This document shows positions 39,872 to 49,133 of a DNA stretch of 64,000 bases, in pieces; within the stretch, counting starts at the first letter, position 1; each line of letters starts with the position of its first letter. Source of the DNA: a virus. Below the pieces are notes generated by a model. The model was not told where the DNA came from, searched no databases, and saw only the letters and a program-made list of their open reading frames with translations. Location: IMG/VR virus record IMGVR_UViG_3300017991_000052; one strand, given 5' to 3'. The position numbers were made by a program, and so were the translations under genes.

Positions 39872-41572
39872 ATGACACAGGGGTTTGTTAAAAAGAACAG
39901 TTTAAATACTGTTCAATTTGAAAATATGACGAGAATGTATTCTGGAGAAGTAACAGTAACAGGTGGAGATACTACTGTTGATTTACCTTTTGATTGGACA
40001 GGAGGTTTTATTTGGTTACTTCATTCAGCTAGTGCTACAGAATGGACTGATGCTACAGGAAATTCAATGGGCTCTTTTGCAAGTTATGATTCTCTAACTA
40101 ATTCAAATTATACTAATTATCAATTAATACAAACACAAACGGCTGCTCCTTTTTTTAATGCAGTAGCAAAAACTTATAATGATAGAGGAATTATTCAATC
40201 TGCAACTCCGACATCTTTTACGATAAATAATCCTTCTGGAACTCAATATGTAAAATATTTTGTTTGGGCTCCGTATACTGAAACTTTAACAATGACAAAT
40301 GATGGAATTCAACAAACAGAAGTTCCTTATATGACTAGAATGTGTAGCGGTTTAACTACAGTAACTGGCGGTAGTGGAGATGTAACTGTAAATCTTCCAT
40401 TCGATTGGACTGGAGGTCATTTACAGGCATTTATAAGCAATGATTCAACAAAATGGTTGTCATCAACAGGTACAGTTCAAATTTATGATGCATCATATGA
40501 TTCGTTAACTAATAGTGCATACTCTGGTGGGAATCAAATTTTTTCTCATGATATTACCGATGGTGCAAGTCACCATTTAGTTCAGAAAACATCAAATTGG
40601 CCAGGACAACCAAAATCAGCAACTTCAACTTCGATAACATTTGAAGATGATGGTGCAACTACAGTATACATAAAATATTTTGTATGGGCTCCCTATACAG
40701 CAAAATTAATGGTACAGGCCGATAAACAATTAATGTTAAATGGTGCAGGAGCACCAGAAGGAATTACACCTAACGCAATAGGCGACCAATACATAGATAC
40801 TTCAAATGGAAAACTTTGGTATGCAGTAGGAACTACAACAAGTGATTGGATAAATACAAATGGTCAAAGAACAGGTGGAATATTAATTCCTGGATATGTT
40901 TATTCATATTGGAAATTAGACCACATTTCTGGAAACGCAGTGGATTATAGAGGAAATCAAATTCTAAATCAATATGGAACTGTTCCTAATGTAAACGGGA
41001 AATTTGGAAATGGTAAAGGACCTTTTTCTACTTCTAATTATTATGGAGTAGATTCTGGTGGGTCTTCTTCTACAGTATTTGATACAAATAATTTCTTCGC
41101 TGAATGCTGGATTAGATCGACGGGATTTTCGGGTTCTAATGAAGTAATTTTTGGAAAAAATAATGGAACGACAAGAACAGCAGGTTGGGGATTTCATGTA
41201 ATTGGAAGTTCACAAAAAATTGAATTTAGAGCAGGAAATAGTTGGGCACTTCTTTCTGATAGTGCAGCTTTAGATGATGGAAATTGGCACTATTTGGCTT
41301 TTGGTAATAGAGCTATTTCTGGAGCAAATGAGGGAAGATGTTTTGTTGATGGAACAGAACAATCATCTACTGCAACAGGTGCTTCATGGGCAAAAACAAC
41401 AGCTGATTTAATCATTGGCGGTGGAGATCAAGTGGGCGCAGTTGTTGGTGCAGCAACTGTCATAGAAATTGATGATTGCGTTTATTGGAGTAGTGTTCCA
41501 TCTTCGTGGACAGATATTCAACAATATGTAACTGATAGATGGAATTCCGGGGCTGGAAAACAGTATTCATAA
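39872..41572 (+). CDS. Virion protein with two LPFDW domains and a C-terminal LamG-like domain
   Basis: Duplicated LPFDWTGG...KYFVWAPYT domain; FFAECWIR, DDGNWHYLAF, FVDG, IDD. Confidence 0.7.
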   Translation: MTQGFVKKNSLNTVQFENMTRMYSGEVTVTGGDTTVDLPFDWTGGFIWLLHSASATEWTDATGNSMGSFASYDSLTNSNYTNYQLIQTQTAAPFFNAVAKTYNDRGIIQSATPTSFTINNPSGTQYVKYFVWAPYTETLTMTNDGIQQTEVPYMTRMCSGLTTVTGGSGDVTVNLPFDWTGGHLQAFISNDSTKWLSSTGTVQIYDASYDSLTNSAYSGGNQIFSHDITDGASHHLVQKTSNWPGQPKSATSTSITFEDDGATTVYIKYFVWAPYTAKLMVQADKQLMLNGAGAPEGITPNAIGDQYIDTSNGKLWYAVGTTTSDWINTNGQRTGGILIPGYVYSYWKLDHISGNAVDYRGNQILNQYGTVPNVNGKFGNGKGPFSTSNYYGVDSGGSSSTVFDTNNFFAECWIRSTGFSGSNEVIFGKNNGTTRTAGWGFHVIGSSQKIEFRAGNSWALLSDSAALDDGNWHYLAFGNRAISGANEGRCFVDGTEQSSTATGASWAKTTADLIIGGGDQVGAVVGAATVIEIDDCVYWSSVPSSWTDIQQYVTDRWNSGAGKQYS

Positions 41573-41583
41573 GGAGTTGAAAA

Positions 41584-42861
41584 ATGGCACAAGGATTTTT
41601 AAGAGATAAAAGTTTTGATGAGATAACATTATCTGATAATTGTAATTATGCTTCGGGTATTGTCACTGTTGGCGCGGGAGGCGGGGATGTAACAATAGAT
41701 TTACCATTCGACTGGACAGATGGATATTTAGAAGTACATCAAACTGATACAGAAGCTTCTCCTATTGATGGGACAACAGGACATATAATGTATGTAAAAA
41801 CTTCTTATAATGAATTAACAAATGCAACTTATACTAATCATCAAACAGTTTATATGCCAAATACTGGATATGGTGCTTCAGTTATTAAAAGCACTGCTTC
41901 CCCTGGTTGGCCAAAATCAGCAACTCCTACAAGTTTTACGTTAAATGATGATGGTGCAAATACATGTTATGTAAAATGGTTTGTCTGGGCTCCAAAATCA
42001 ACAACAATAACTATGAATTCAGTAATGGGAAAAATTACACAAGGTTCTGGTGTACCAGCTACAGTTCCAGAATTAATTGGTGATATGTATTTTGATCAAC
42101 AAACTGGAAAAATGTATGTAGCAACAGGAACAAGTGGAACTTATAATTGGGCGTTAATGGCACAAGGCGCAACAGATAGTTTTACAAAAGATTCAGTGCC
42201 TGGAATTATAAATTGGTGGAAAGCAGATGGAACACTTACAAAAGATGGTGGCAATGCTGTATCTCAATGGAATGATGAAACAGGAAATGGTGACCATATG
42301 GTACAGGCAACAAGTACAAATCAACCAACTTATACAGAAAATGTTATAAATGGTAGACCTGCTCTTTATTTTGATGGAAATGATTATTTAAGAAAAACAA
42401 GTGGATGTATAACAACTACTGTTCCCGCAACAATATTTATAGTACTTCTTTCTCCTAGTTCTTCTACAAATCAAGGAGTATTTGGTTCTTCCGATAATGC
42501 TTATGTATATGTTGGGTATCCTGTAGACGGATATGTTGGATATTTTCAATATAACAATTGGAATGGCGGGCCTGCTGTGCCTTCAACTTCATCAGCATAT
42601 CTTTATGTGGTAAATTGTACAGGTGTTGCAAATACTGGATATATGGAAACAAATAGTGGAGCAGATAAAACATTAATAGCAAATGCAAGTAGTTATGGAT
42701 TATTTACGGCAACAAGCAGAACAATTGGTGCAAATTCTAATACACTTGGTGACCCTTTTACTGGATATATTGCAGAAATAATTGGGTATAGAGGGAATTT
42801 AACAGATACAAATAAAAATATTGTTAAGAATTATCTTAACTCAAAATATGCACTTTACTAA
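41584..42861 (+). CDS. Virion protein with an LPFDW domain and a C-terminal LamG-like domain
   Basis: WWKAD, VSQWND, INGRPALYFDG, FTGYIAEII, YLNSKY. Confidence 0.7.
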   Translation: MAQGFLRDKSFDEITLSDNCNYASGIVTVGAGGGDVTIDLPFDWTDGYLEVHQTDTEASPIDGTTGHIMYVKTSYNELTNATYTNHQTVYMPNTGYGASVIKSTASPGWPKSATPTSFTLNDDGANTCYVKWFVWAPKSTTITMNSVMGKITQGSGVPATVPELIGDMYFDQQTGKMYVATGTSGTYNWALMAQGATDSFTKDSVPGIINWWKADGTLTKDGGNAVSQWNDETGNGDHMVQATSTNQPTYTENVINGRPALYFDGNDYLRKTSGCITTTVPATIFIVLLSPSSSTNQGVFGSSDNAYVYVGYPVDGYVGYFQYNNWNGGPAVPSTSSAYLYVVNCTGVANTGYMETNSGADKTLIANASSYGLFTATSRTIGANSNTLGDPFTGYIAEIIGYRGNLTDTNKNIVKNYLNSKYALY

Positions 42862-42873
42862 TAAGGAGGATAT

Positions 42874-43407
42874 ATGGGCGACATAAAATATAAAGCAGGT
42901 GATGTCGTTCTAGTTGAGCATTTTAATTTAATAGCATGGATTATAAAATTAGGGAATTTATGGACAAGATTATTTGATCCTGAAAAAGTTGGAATAAATT
43001 ATAATCATATAGGAATAATGATAAGTGAAAAACATATTGTTGAAGCATTAGGGAATGGTGTTATAATGAGACCGTTTCCATATAAGAAAAATTTTGCTGT
43101 ATATAGAAAAAAAAATCTTACAGTAAATTCAAGAGAAATATTAAAATCAGCGGCATTAGATCAAGTTGGAGAAAAATATAGTTGGTTTTTAATTTGTGTA
43201 ATATGTATCCTTAAATTTCTTCGTATAGAATGGTTATTCACGGGGATTGGATATACCGGAAAAATATGTTCAGTTGTTGTAGCAAAATGCTATGAAAAAC
43301 TAGGATATTTATTTAAAAGAAATGAATGTGTAGATGTTATAGATCCGGGGGATATTGCAGAACATGTTATGATTTCTGAAGAATGGACAAAGGTGGAAGT
43401 GAGGTGA
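42874..43407 (+). CDS. Permuted papain-like (YiiX/YaeF, NlpC/P60-related) amidase
   Basis: GDVVL, YNHIGI, IVEA, GEKY, ICS and PGD with His before Cys. Confidence 0.75.
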   Translation: MGDIKYKAGDVVLVEHFNLIAWIIKLGNLWTRLFDPEKVGINYNHIGIMISEKHIVEALGNGVIMRPFPYKKNFAVYRKKNLTVNSREILKSAALDQVGEKYSWFLICVICILKFLRIEWLFTGIGYTGKICSVVVAKCYEKLGYLFKRNECVDVIDPGDIAEHVMISEEWTKVEVR

Positions 43408-43411
43408 ATCA

Positions 43412-43924
43412 ATGGTAGAATCTAACCAAAGAATAAAACTTACAGACAATTTTAATTTTGAAGAGTATTTTGTAAGTAGTAACTATCCAGGACTTGCTGA
43501 AGATGCTTACAAAGAAGTTTTAGATGATGATTTAATTCGTAGAAAACTTTCACATCATGCAACTCTTTGTGCACAGCCTATAAGAGATCATGTTGGAAGT
43601 TCTGTTTCTATAACTAGTGGTTATAGAAGTAAAGAATTAAATGAAAAAATTGGAGGGTCATCTTCAAGCGACCATATGAAGGCATTGGCAGGAGACCTTG
43701 TGGTTGACAAATATTTAGGAAATACTGAAGAAATGAAAAAAGTTTTTCAGTGGGCAATTGACAACCTTTGTTATAGACAAATAATTTGGTATCCACAAGA
43801 TGATGATAAATTTATTCATACTTCAATAAATTGGCCTGGAGTTTCCTATAAACATGAAGCGCGGGTAAAATGGAACGGTGAGTATATGTTAGCAAAAGAT
43901 TTTTTTAAGGGAGGTTATGTATAA
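43412..43924 (+). CDS. Endolysin, peptidase M15 family
   Basis: NFNFEEY, ITSGYRS..LN..IGG...SDH...AGD, FIH zinc motifs. Confidence 0.85.
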   Translation: MVESNQRIKLTDNFNFEEYFVSSNYPGLAEDAYKEVLDDDLIRRKLSHHATLCAQPIRDHVGSSVSITSGYRSKELNEKIGGSSSSDHMKALAGDLVVDKYLGNTEEMKKVFQWAIDNLCYRQIIWYPQDDDKFIHTSINWPGVSYKHEARVKWNGEYMLAKDFFKGGYV

Positions 43925-44109
43925 TGTGGGAGAAAATTAAAGAATGGGCAGGAATAATAGGTTCGATTTTGTTAATGATTCTAACATTGGGATTTTTCAA
44001 GAAGCAGGAGGATAAGAAAAATGTTGAAAAAAAGTCTAACGCGTCTGTTAATACTGCTGTTAATCGTAGCAAATCTGCAAGGCGCAAGCGTCTCAAAAAC
44101 CCTTTATGA
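43924..44109 (+). CDS. Small membrane protein (holin or inner-spanin-like)
   Basis: N-terminal TM helix, basic tail, directly after the lysin. Confidence 0.5.
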   Translation: MWEKIKEWAGIIGSILLMILTLGFFKKQEDKKNVEKKSNASVNTAVNRSKSARRKRLKNPL

Positions 44110-44386
44110 TGATACTATTGAACGATTGAAAGTTCGATATGGGTCAACTTATAATAGAAAAATAAATCCTCATTTTTTAGAGTATTCTTTAGTAACAGGA
44201 AATGTAGAATATTCAGCATTAATAGATGAAGATTATGAGATCTTTATTGATACATTAATGCAAAGAATGCAGGATATTGAAATGGAAGATTTAGAACCAA
44301 AAAAAATTGAATGGTATGAATCAAAAGAATTTGGATTTGTAGTTGGAGTCTTGACGTCATATGCTATTTATAGCACTGTGAAATAA
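44021..44386 (+). CDS. Secreted/membrane protein (spanin-like)
   Basis: Signal peptide plus C-terminal hydrophobic helix; overlaps the previous gene by 89 nt. Confidence 0.45.
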   Translation: MLKKSLTRLLILLLIVANLQGASVSKTLYDDTIERLKVRYGSTYNRKINPHFLEYSLVTGNVEYSALIDEDYEIFIDTLMQRMQDIEMEDLEPKKIEWYESKEFGFVVGVLTSYAIYSTVK

Positions 44387-44409
44387 AGTTCCTTCTATTA
44401 TATATTAAC

Positions 44410-44437
44410 GGGGAGGTAGTGTAAATTACCTCCCTTG
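44410..44437 (+). terminator. Terminator ending the late/lysis operon
   Basis: GGGAGGTA-loop-TACCTCCC 8-bp stem; weak U-tract. Confidence 0.65.
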
Positions 44438-44465
44438 TGGTGTCTATATGATCAGAAAATAGTTG

Positions 44466-44494
44466 TTTAAATCCTTTCATTTTTACAGTATAAT
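44466..44494 (+). promoter_or_regulatory. Early promoter, class I
   Basis: TTTAAA-17 nt ending ACAG-TATAAT. Confidence 0.75.
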
Positions 44495-44523
44495 ATACTA
44501 ACAAATTAAGAAAGGAGATCACA

Positions 44524-44790
44524 ATGACAGAACAACAAGAAAAAGAGATAAAAGTATTTGGAACAACAATAGAACATATAGAAGATTCTATTCAAAATTT
44601 TGATGGTAAGATATCATTTGCATTTTCAGTATTAAGTGATTCTCAAGAACTTATAGGGATGGGTGATCATGAATCTGCGAGACAGCATATCAATATAGCA
44701 AAGTATCTTTTGGGTGATGTATTAGATGATGAAAAAGTTAAGAAATATGGTCCTGAATATTCAAGGTTATACGGGAGAGATAAAAAATAA
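44524..44790 (+). CDS. Early hypothetical protein
   Basis: AAGGAG RBS directly after the promoter. Confidence 0.65.
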   Translation: MTEQQEKEIKVFGTTIEHIEDSIQNFDGKISFAFSVLSDSQELIGMGDHESARQHINIAKYLLGDVLDDEKVKKYGPEYSRLYGRDKK

Positions 44791-44793
44791 CAG

Positions 44794-44822
44794 TTTAAAT
44801 TGGAAAGAAAGCACAGTATATT
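44794..44822 (+). promoter_or_regulatory. Early promoter, class I
   Basis: TTTAAA-17 nt ending ACAG-TATATT. Confidence 0.75.
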
Positions 44823-44847
44823 AAAGTAACAAAAAAAGGAGAGAACA

Positions 44848-45087
44848 ATGAGAAAAGGAATAGCACATTTATATTGGCCAGGGTTAAGTAGATGTGGAAA
44901 TAAAAGAGGATATGATGTTGAATGTGAGATACTTAATTTTAAAAAATCTGGTTACGGAGAAGGCGGAAGAAATTATTATGGTGATCGTTATCTTATTAAG
45001 TACAAACCGAAGACACATAGCACAAAAAATGGATATAGGAAACAATGGGTAGATACAAATCAAGTAAAAGAAATAAAGGAGATATAA
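44848..45087 (+). CDS. Early hypothetical protein
   Basis: AAGGAG RBS. Confidence 0.6.
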   Translation: MRKGIAHLYWPGLSRCGNKRGYDVECEILNFKKSGYGEGGRNYYGDRYLIKYKPKTHSTKNGYRKQWVDTNQVKEIKEI

Positions 45088-45088
45088 A

Positions 45089-45259
45089 ATGAAAGTACTA
45101 CATGTAAATATTGGATCAAGGAAAGCAACGAAAAGGTTTGATGATAGTGTAAGCGATGAAGCGATTATGAAGGAACTTAATGAATTAATAGAAAAAGATT
45201 CTTGGGTAAGTTATGATGGTAATAGATTATTCAATGGAACTTTAATAACAAAGGAGTAA
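45089..45259 (+). CDS. Early hypothetical protein (56 aa)
   Basis: AAGGAG RBS; fills the gap between called ORFs. Confidence 0.55.
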   Translation: MKVLHVNIGSRKATKRFDDSVSDEAIMKELNELIEKDSWVSYDGNRLFNGTLITKE

Positions 45260-45263
45260 AACA

Positions 45264-45842
45264 ATGAAGAAAGTAAAAGTATTAGATTTAGAACAAGCAG
45301 TAGCACAAGTTTTGGATTGCAGAATGAATCACAGAGCTATGTATCCAGGAGAAAAAATATCTAAATTAATAGAATATATGTTAGATGGTAAAGATAAAAC
45401 TTTAAAAACTTTGAAAGAAAAAAAGAAAGAAGATGAACAAGATTTTAATTATTATTATGGCGAAGATTTTCTCGACAAATTAGAGACATTTTTTGATGTT
45501 TACGAAAATAGAAAAGTACTGAGTGGGAATAACGAGTTTGATATAGTTATTTCTAATTATCAATCTTTTAACTATGGGAATTATCAAGAACTTAAAAAAG
45601 CTAATTTGCTTTATTTAATTAGAGAATTTGATGATTATTTTAGAGGGGATATTAAGAAAATTTATAAAGTGTATACTAAATGGACTATAATTGAAACTTA
45701 TAAAGATGATGAAGGAAAAAAGTTTTATAGTACAGAATATACTTCTAATTGTTTTGATAATTTCGAAGATGCTTTATTTTATGCAATGAATGAGCATCAA
45801 GCTGAAGCGATGGGAATACTTTATAAAGCAAAGGAGGTATAG
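45264..45842 (+). CDS. Early hypothetical protein
   Basis: 192-aa ORF with RBS. Confidence 0.65.
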   Translation: MKKVKVLDLEQAVAQVLDCRMNHRAMYPGEKISKLIEYMLDGKDKTLKTLKEKKKEDEQDFNYYYGEDFLDKLETFFDVYENRKVLSGNNEFDIVISNYQSFNYGNYQELKKANLLYLIREFDDYFRGDIKKIYKVYTKWTIIETYKDDEGKKFYSTEYTSNCFDNFEDALFYAMNEHQAEAMGILYKAKEV

Positions 45843-45844
45843 TT

Positions 45845-46045
45845 ATGAGAAAGTCGGCAGCTGAAGCGATAGCAAATCATTTTATGATGGAGGTAAAGTT
45901 GGCATCAGGAAGAGTAGAAGAGTGGTATAAAACAGCAACTCCCGCGGCAAAGTCAAAAGCACGAGATAGATTAGCACAATTATCAATTGAATTACATAAG
46001 TTAGCAGCATACTTAAAAGATCATGACATAAGAGATCGTAAATAA
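45845..46045 (+). CDS. Early hypothetical protein
   Basis: AGGAGG RBS. Confidence 0.6.
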   Translation: MRKSAAEAIANHFMMEVKLASGRVEEWYKTATPAAKSKARDRLAQLSIELHKLAAYLKDHDIRDRK

Positions 46046-46053
46046 AATAGTTA

Positions 46054-46082
46054 TTTAAGTTGAAAGAAATTTACAGTATATT
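46054..46082 (+). promoter_or_regulatory. Early promoter, class I
   Basis: TTTAAG-17 nt ending ACAG-TATATT. Confidence 0.7.
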
Positions 46083-46235
46083 TAAATATCAAATAATAGG
46101 AGAATAAAATGTCAAGAACAATGGAATTATTAGATCAAATGAAATACTATTGTATTGATTTAAAAATAAGAGATGAAAGAACAGTAGCAAGTTTTATAAG
46201 GAAAATAAAACGAGCTGCAAAAAAGGAAATCAAAA

Positions 46236-46448
46236 ATGTTAATTAGTGCAAGATGTAAATGCGGGAATGATAATAAAAATAATTTTTTTGAATATGAAGG
46301 ATCTCTTGGATATGAAGCAATAATTTGTAAAGAATGTTGTGGATATTTTGATAATGATGGAGAACATGAGGCTGATGAATGGAGCAAAGAATTTGTTAAA
46401 AATAGAAAAAAATATGAAGGGAGTAAAGACAATGAAAAAGCAAAGTAA
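46236..46448 (+). CDS. Small Zn-finger protein
   Basis: CKCG...CKECC. Confidence 0.55.
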   Translation: MLISARCKCGNDNKNNFFEYEGSLGYEAIICKECCGYFDNDGEHEADEWSKEFVKNRKKYEGSKDNEKAK

Positions 46449-46995
46449 AAATTATACAGCAAAGGATATTCCAGTTTTAAAAGAACAAAAAAAAGAAATG
46501 AAAAAACAAGCTCAAGAAACGAGGAATAAGATAAGAAAACTTGAAAAGAAAGTAGAAAAACTTGAAGAGAAAGCTGATAGTTTTGATGAAAAAGCAGAAA
46601 AAATACAAAATCTTATAGGGCAATTAAGGATTGGCGAAAGTGATGTAATTGTTGGCGATGTAGTAGCTTATATTGTAAATGATAAAGTTCGTTATGGTGT
46701 TGTTGAAAGTATAGCTTTCGATCCTTACGATAAAAAAATAGAATACAAAGTAGTTAGAATTAAGGTGAATATGGATATTCGCTACAATAATAACTCATAT
46801 GATAATTATGAGAATTTAAATCGTAAGGATTTTAAACGTTATATGACAGCTAGGCAACGCGATGAACATCTGCGAAAAATGGAAGTTGAGGAACGGGAAA
46901 AGAAATTAACTAAGCAGGAAAGAGCTCAAAAGAAATTTGATAATATTAAAGAAGCTAAAGATATGCCAGTTGAAATAAAGGATGAGGCTATCTAA
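46432..46995 (+). CDS. Coiled-coil protein with SH3/KOW-like central region
   Basis: GGAG RBS at the internal ATG; heptad K/E runs; VGDVV...YGVVE. Confidence 0.55.
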   Translation: MKKQSKNYTAKDIPVLKEQKKEMKKQAQETRNKIRKLEKKVEKLEEKADSFDEKAEKIQNLIGQLRIGESDVIVGDVVAYIVNDKVRYGVVESIAFDPYDKKIEYKVVRIKVNMDIRYNNNSYDNYENLNRKDFKRYMTARQRDEHLRKMEVEEREKKLTKQERAQKKFDNIKEAKDMPVEIKDEAI

Positions 46996-47027
46996 AGCCA
47001 ATATTACAGACACAGGGGGGGTGTGAG

Positions 47028-47171
47028 ATGATCATAATCAGGAGTTTATTAATAGTTTCATTAGCTTGGTTTGTTTACATTATATATAAAAAGCCTGTTA
47101 AATTAAGTTATCTGATTGCGAGATGGTCGATTGTTGGAATACTGAGTGGATTATTAGTAAGTACATTTTAA
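47028..47171 (+). CDS. Small two-TM membrane protein (47 aa)
   Basis: MIIIRSLLIVSLAWFVYII...WSIVGILSGLLVSTF; G-rich RBS. Confidence 0.5.
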   Translation: MIIIRSLLIVSLAWFVYIIYKKPVKLSYLIARWSIVGILSGLLVSTF

Positions 47172-47334
47172 GGAGCGGGAAAGGGGTAAAGTCATGAAAA
47201 GTTATACACCAGTTATGATCAAGATCGCAGAAAAGTTAGGAAGAAGTCTGAGTAATATTAGAAAAACAAAGCAATTTGATTATGTAATGAAATTTGATTT
47301 TGTTGATATTAATGTAAAGTACGCACTTAATTAG

Positions 47335-47363
47335 TTTAAATTTTAATTTTTTTGCAGTATATT
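47335..47363 (+). promoter_or_regulatory. Early promoter, class I
   Basis: TTTAAA-17 nt ending GCAG-TATATT. Confidence 0.7.
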
Positions 47364-47458
47364 AATGAAGAGGTAAAAACAATGATTTATGAAGAAAAAG
47401 AAATTGATGAATATAATGAAGAAGAATTGAAAGCAATTTTTGGATAAAGGAAAGTAAA

Positions 47459-47716
47459 ATGATAAAAGAAAAATATGAAAAAATAACTGGAAAAGAGCTT
47501 CCTATAAAATCAAAGATGGAACCATATATTTCTTCAATAAAATTAACTCTTGATCAATTTTATAAAATACATAAAGGATTCACGGGTTGTGGATGGGGAA
47601 GAGTAATAAATTTACCTTGTGATTATTATTGTACAAAAAATGAAAACGAATTAATTGAAGTATATGGTACAAGAAATTTAGGACATAAAACTGATATTTT
47701 TTTACTTACAAAATAA
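47459..47716 (+). CDS. Early hypothetical protein
   Basis: 85-aa ORF with RBS. Confidence 0.55.
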   Translation: MIKEKYEKITGKELPIKSKMEPYISSIKLTLDQFYKIHKGFTGCGWGRVINLPCDYYCTKNENELIEVYGTRNLGHKTDIFLLTK

Positions 47717-47727
47717 AGGAGAGTAAA

Positions 47728-48099
47728 ATGAGTACGCGAGCAAATATAATAATTAAAGATGAATATGAAGAATTAATTTTTTATAGACATTCTGATGGAT
47801 ATCCCGAAGGAACAATGCCAACATTAAAGAAATTTCTTAATCTTGTTAAAAGTGGAAAAATAAGAGATGATGCAAGTCAAGCGGCTGGATGGTTAATAAT
47901 AATTGGACATGAAGAATATTTAAAAGATTTTAGAGGAGAGACTAAACCATTTGGGACAAAATTATTTAATAGTGAAAATGATAGACTTTCTGATTGGAAG
48001 GTTGGAGCATATGAACCAACTTCTCAAATTCATGGTGATATTGAATATCTTTATACGGTTGATCTTGAAAAGAAAGAAATAACCTATAAAAAAGTTTAA
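47728..48099 (+). CDS. Conserved phage hypothetical protein (MSTR...HxDGYP family)
   Basis: MSTRANI...YRHSDGYP...DIEYLY motif is widespread in phages; function unknown. Confidence 0.65.
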   Translation: MSTRANIIIKDEYEELIFYRHSDGYPEGTMPTLKKFLNLVKSGKIRDDASQAAGWLIIIGHEEYLKDFRGETKPFGTKLFNSENDRLSDWKVGAYEPTSQIHGDIEYLYTVDLEKKEITYKKV

Positions 48100-48178
48100 A
48101 GGAGGGATAAATATGAATGAAGATGTCGAATTACATGATATTGAAATTGAAAGCTTAACCCTATTTGATATTTTATAA

Positions 48179-48207
48179 TTGTACTTTCCCGATAAAAGTG
48201 TTATAAT
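48179..48207 (+). promoter_or_regulatory. Promoter, class II (extended -10)
   Basis: TTGTAC-17 nt ending TGT-TATAAT. Confidence 0.6.
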
Positions 48208-48223
48208 ATCAAGCAAAGGGGGG

Positions 48224-48484
48224 ATGGCAATGAGACTAAACAAAGAGCAGTTGAAGATCATTGAAGAAGATATGTTAGAGATTGAAGAACCGCCATGTAC
48301 AAAAGGAGGGAAATGTGAATATTTTGATAAGTGTAGTAATGAGGCTTTAGCATGTTTAAAATTTGTAGCATATGTTGCCAATAAAAAATTAGAGCAATAT
48401 AAAATATATCAAAGAAAAGGGGAGGATGTGGTTAGAACACCAACAAGAAAATTATATTTAAAAATGGTTTCAAATGAAGATTAA
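48224..48484 (+). CDS. Cys-rich hypothetical protein
   Basis: PPC....C....C....AC spacing; GGGGG RBS after the promoter. Confidence 0.55.
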   Translation: MAMRLNKEQLKIIEEDMLEIEEPPCTKGGKCEYFDKCSNEALACLKFVAYVANKKLEQYKIYQRKGEDVVRTPTRKLYLKMVSNED

Positions 48485-48626
48485 ATGGGGGTATTTATGA
48501 AAATGTTAAGAGGGATTGTAAGAGTGCGGCGAAGATGGTGGGAACAAGTTTTATATTTTTTTAAGATCATAAACCGTTTTAATTATAAATATGAAACATT
48601 AGTTTTTTATGAAGGAGATCTTATAA

Positions 48627-48815
48627 ATGTCGGTTATTGTGAAACAAAAAGAATCTAATAAAACACGTGATATATTTGCTAAAAGTATACAACAATACAA
48701 AGTTGCGAGATCATTCGCAAAAAGTCCTCATGAAATATTAGTAGCAACAACATATAGACAAACAATTCTATTATTAATGAAGAAATTTAAAAAAGCTGGA
48801 TTATTAAAGAAATGA
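48627..48815 (+). CDS. Hypothetical protein
   Basis: AAGGAG RBS. Confidence 0.5.
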   Translation: MSVIVKQKESNKTRDIFAKSIQQYKVARSFAKSPHEILVATTYRQTILLLMKKFKKAGLLKK

Positions 48816-48902
48816 AAAAATATTCAGTGCAACTTTTAAAAAGGTGTACTAAAAAAACATTAATAAATATTGTTTTGAAATTACAAAAGAAAGGAGATTG
48901 TG

Positions 48903-49076
48903 ATGGCTGATTATATAAAAAATCCGGCCATAAGAGAGATTACAAAAGATATGCGCAAAAAGCCATGTAAGATTTGTGGTAAAGTAAAATTGATCCATAA
49001 ATATGATGCTTTTTGTAAGCGATGTAAATCTGCGGCAAATAGAATAAGTCGTGCAAATTCAAGTATATTTTACTAG
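48903..49076 (+). CDS. Small Zn-finger protein (57 aa)
   Basis: CKICG...FCKRC; AAGGAG RBS. Confidence 0.55.
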   Translation: MADYIKNPAIREITKDMRKKPCKICGKVKLIHKYDAFCKRCKSAANRISRANSSIFY

Positions 49077-49105
49077 TTTAAATTGCCCATAATTTACAGT
49101 ATAAT
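49077..49105 (+). promoter_or_regulatory. Early promoter, class I
   Basis: TTTAAA-17 nt ending ACAG-TATAAT. Confidence 0.75.
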
Positions 49106-49133
49106 AAGATATCAAATTAAGGGAGGGATTTAA

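Noticed and set aside
7366-42861. Diversity-generating retroelement acting on the fibre/adhesin genes
   Set aside because: No reverse transcriptase in the window; the repeated segments I compared differ at synonymous positions of all bases, not specifically at adenines, and no non-coding template repeat is visible
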